From an uncultured Lachnospiraceae bacterium (GTDB lineage Bacteria; Bacillota; Clostridia; Lachnospirales; Lachnospiraceae): a stretch of DNA of 64,000 nucleotides. The notes under the pieces were generated by a model. That model saw only the letters and a program-made list of their open reading frames with translations, did no database searches and was not told where the DNA came from. Positions within the stretch are counted from its first letter, which is position 1. Every line of letters starts with the position of its first letter. Position numbers and translations under genes: made by a program. Positions 63,038 to 64,000 of the stretch are shown in pieces. The stretch is taken from positions 14,131 to 78,130 of the forward strand of contig CAJUNR010000021.1 of NCBI GenBank assembly GCA_910587765.1. Direction: 5' to 3'.

Positions 63038-64000
63038 GAAAAAAGCCCGTAAAATCAAGGGTTTAAGCAATTTTAAGGGGATCGGCTCATATGGGCTGAT
63101 TCCCTTTTTTGGCTTCAGTGGCTGTGTAAAAAACTGTGTAAGGTTCTGGGCGTTCTGTGTAAACTGTGTAAGAAAAAACTGTGTAAATAGAAAGCAAGAA
63201 AAAAGCCCTCTTTCGGGGGCTTCCTTCCTTAGTATACGGTCATATCTTCATCGTGGTTATGGCTGTTGTATATTTTTATATGAAAAAGCATAATGTTTTT
63301 TTGTTCTATGTTTTTATCTTCTTCCTTAAAAAATATAGGGGCTGTCTTGTGCTTCTTTTCGTATTCTAAATAATTTTTTAACTTGTTCCTTAAATAATAT
63401 ACTGATGTATTACTTTTTATCAGTATTTCAATATTATAATTCTTGTAATTTTCCTTTTTCTTTGTATAGTTATATCTTATTATTAATTCGTTTTTTTCGG
63501 GCAAAACTTCTATATAAGGATTCATTATAAAATGATTCCTTATAAACCACTTGTGCCAGTCTATTAAAGGTGTTCCTGTTGGTGGTAATCTATCTATAAA
63601 ATCATTAAATTTTTTTGTCCTTGCCATTTGGGGCGGCTCTCCCTTCTCTATAAATTATTCATAAAGTATACCATATTTAGCGCATATGTGCTAGTCCTCT
63701 TTTAAAGGCGGTAAACTCGGCGGCTGTCAAGTGCTAGGGTGGAGATTTTTTTGAATGTATTTCTCAAAAAAATACTACCCGATCTTGACTGCCTTACAGT
63801 ATAAAAATAATGGGTATGGGTGGAATAACACGCTCTTAGTTATTCCGCCTTGGGTGCGCTCTTTTTTCTTCCAGTCTGGCAAGAAAGTATATTTTTTTGT
63901 GGCAAATGATGATTTTTTTAAAAAAAATTGAAAAAATACTCTTTTTTCTCAAAAACTCAAAAACCGCTGTGTAAACTGTGTAAACTGTGTAAATTTATTA
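63038..64000. mobile_element. Small low-GC integrated element at the 3' end of rbr (right boundary beyond the window)
   Basis: Abrupt AT enrichment; CTGTGTAA x5 (63122-63186) and x3 (63967-63992); long hairpin 63722-63793. Confidence 0.6.
63229..63627 (-). CDS. Hypothetical AT-rich protein
   Basis: 132-aa ORF; AGAAGGGAG RBS-like sequence; hairpin just after the stop. Confidence 0.65.
   Translation of the reverse strand: MARTKKFNDFIDRLPPTGTPLIDWHKWFIRNHFIMNPYIEVLPEKNELIIRYNYTKKKENYKNYNIEILIKSNTSVYYLRNKLKNYLEYEKKHKTAPIFFKEEDKNIEQKNIMLFHIKIYNSHNHDEDMTVY

Noticed and set aside
63122..63992. CRISPR array from the CTGTGTAA repeats
   Set aside because: Repeats are too short and irregularly spaced, with no spacer-length intervals

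Overview
Chromosomal window from a Lachnospiraceae-like Clostridia genome (inferred from gene content: MCP, spoIID/spoIIQ, type-2 IleRS, reverse rubrerythrin). The backbone is mostly metabolic and housekeeping: ascorbate, beta-glucoside and trehalose PTS loci, GH13/GH1 hydrolases, a cobalamin riboswitch with DUF4430/ECF genes, Crp-FTR-thioredoxin, larA, ansA, MarR-MATE, a heavy-metal ATPase, a T-box with ileS, glgP, a DEAD-box helicase and perR-rbr. Three things stand out. (1) Two paralogous AT-richer islands (about 11.3-15.7 kb and 31.7-35.2 kb) share a BlaI repressor, an M56 sensor whose last 53 residues are diversified, a non-canonical palindromic operator, a structured leader, and the first and last cargo-gene ends. 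The cargo between those ends differs, and each island is followed by a toxin-antitoxin module. (2) An unannotated promoter-to-terminator transcript of about 320 nt (41.5-41.84 kb) is structured and carries a chain of start/stop-overlapping micro-ORFs. (3) A small low-GC integrated element with CTGTGTAA repeat clusters sits at the 3' end of rbr. No rRNA, tRNA or CRISPR array was seen. All family calls are by motif recognition; no database searches were run.
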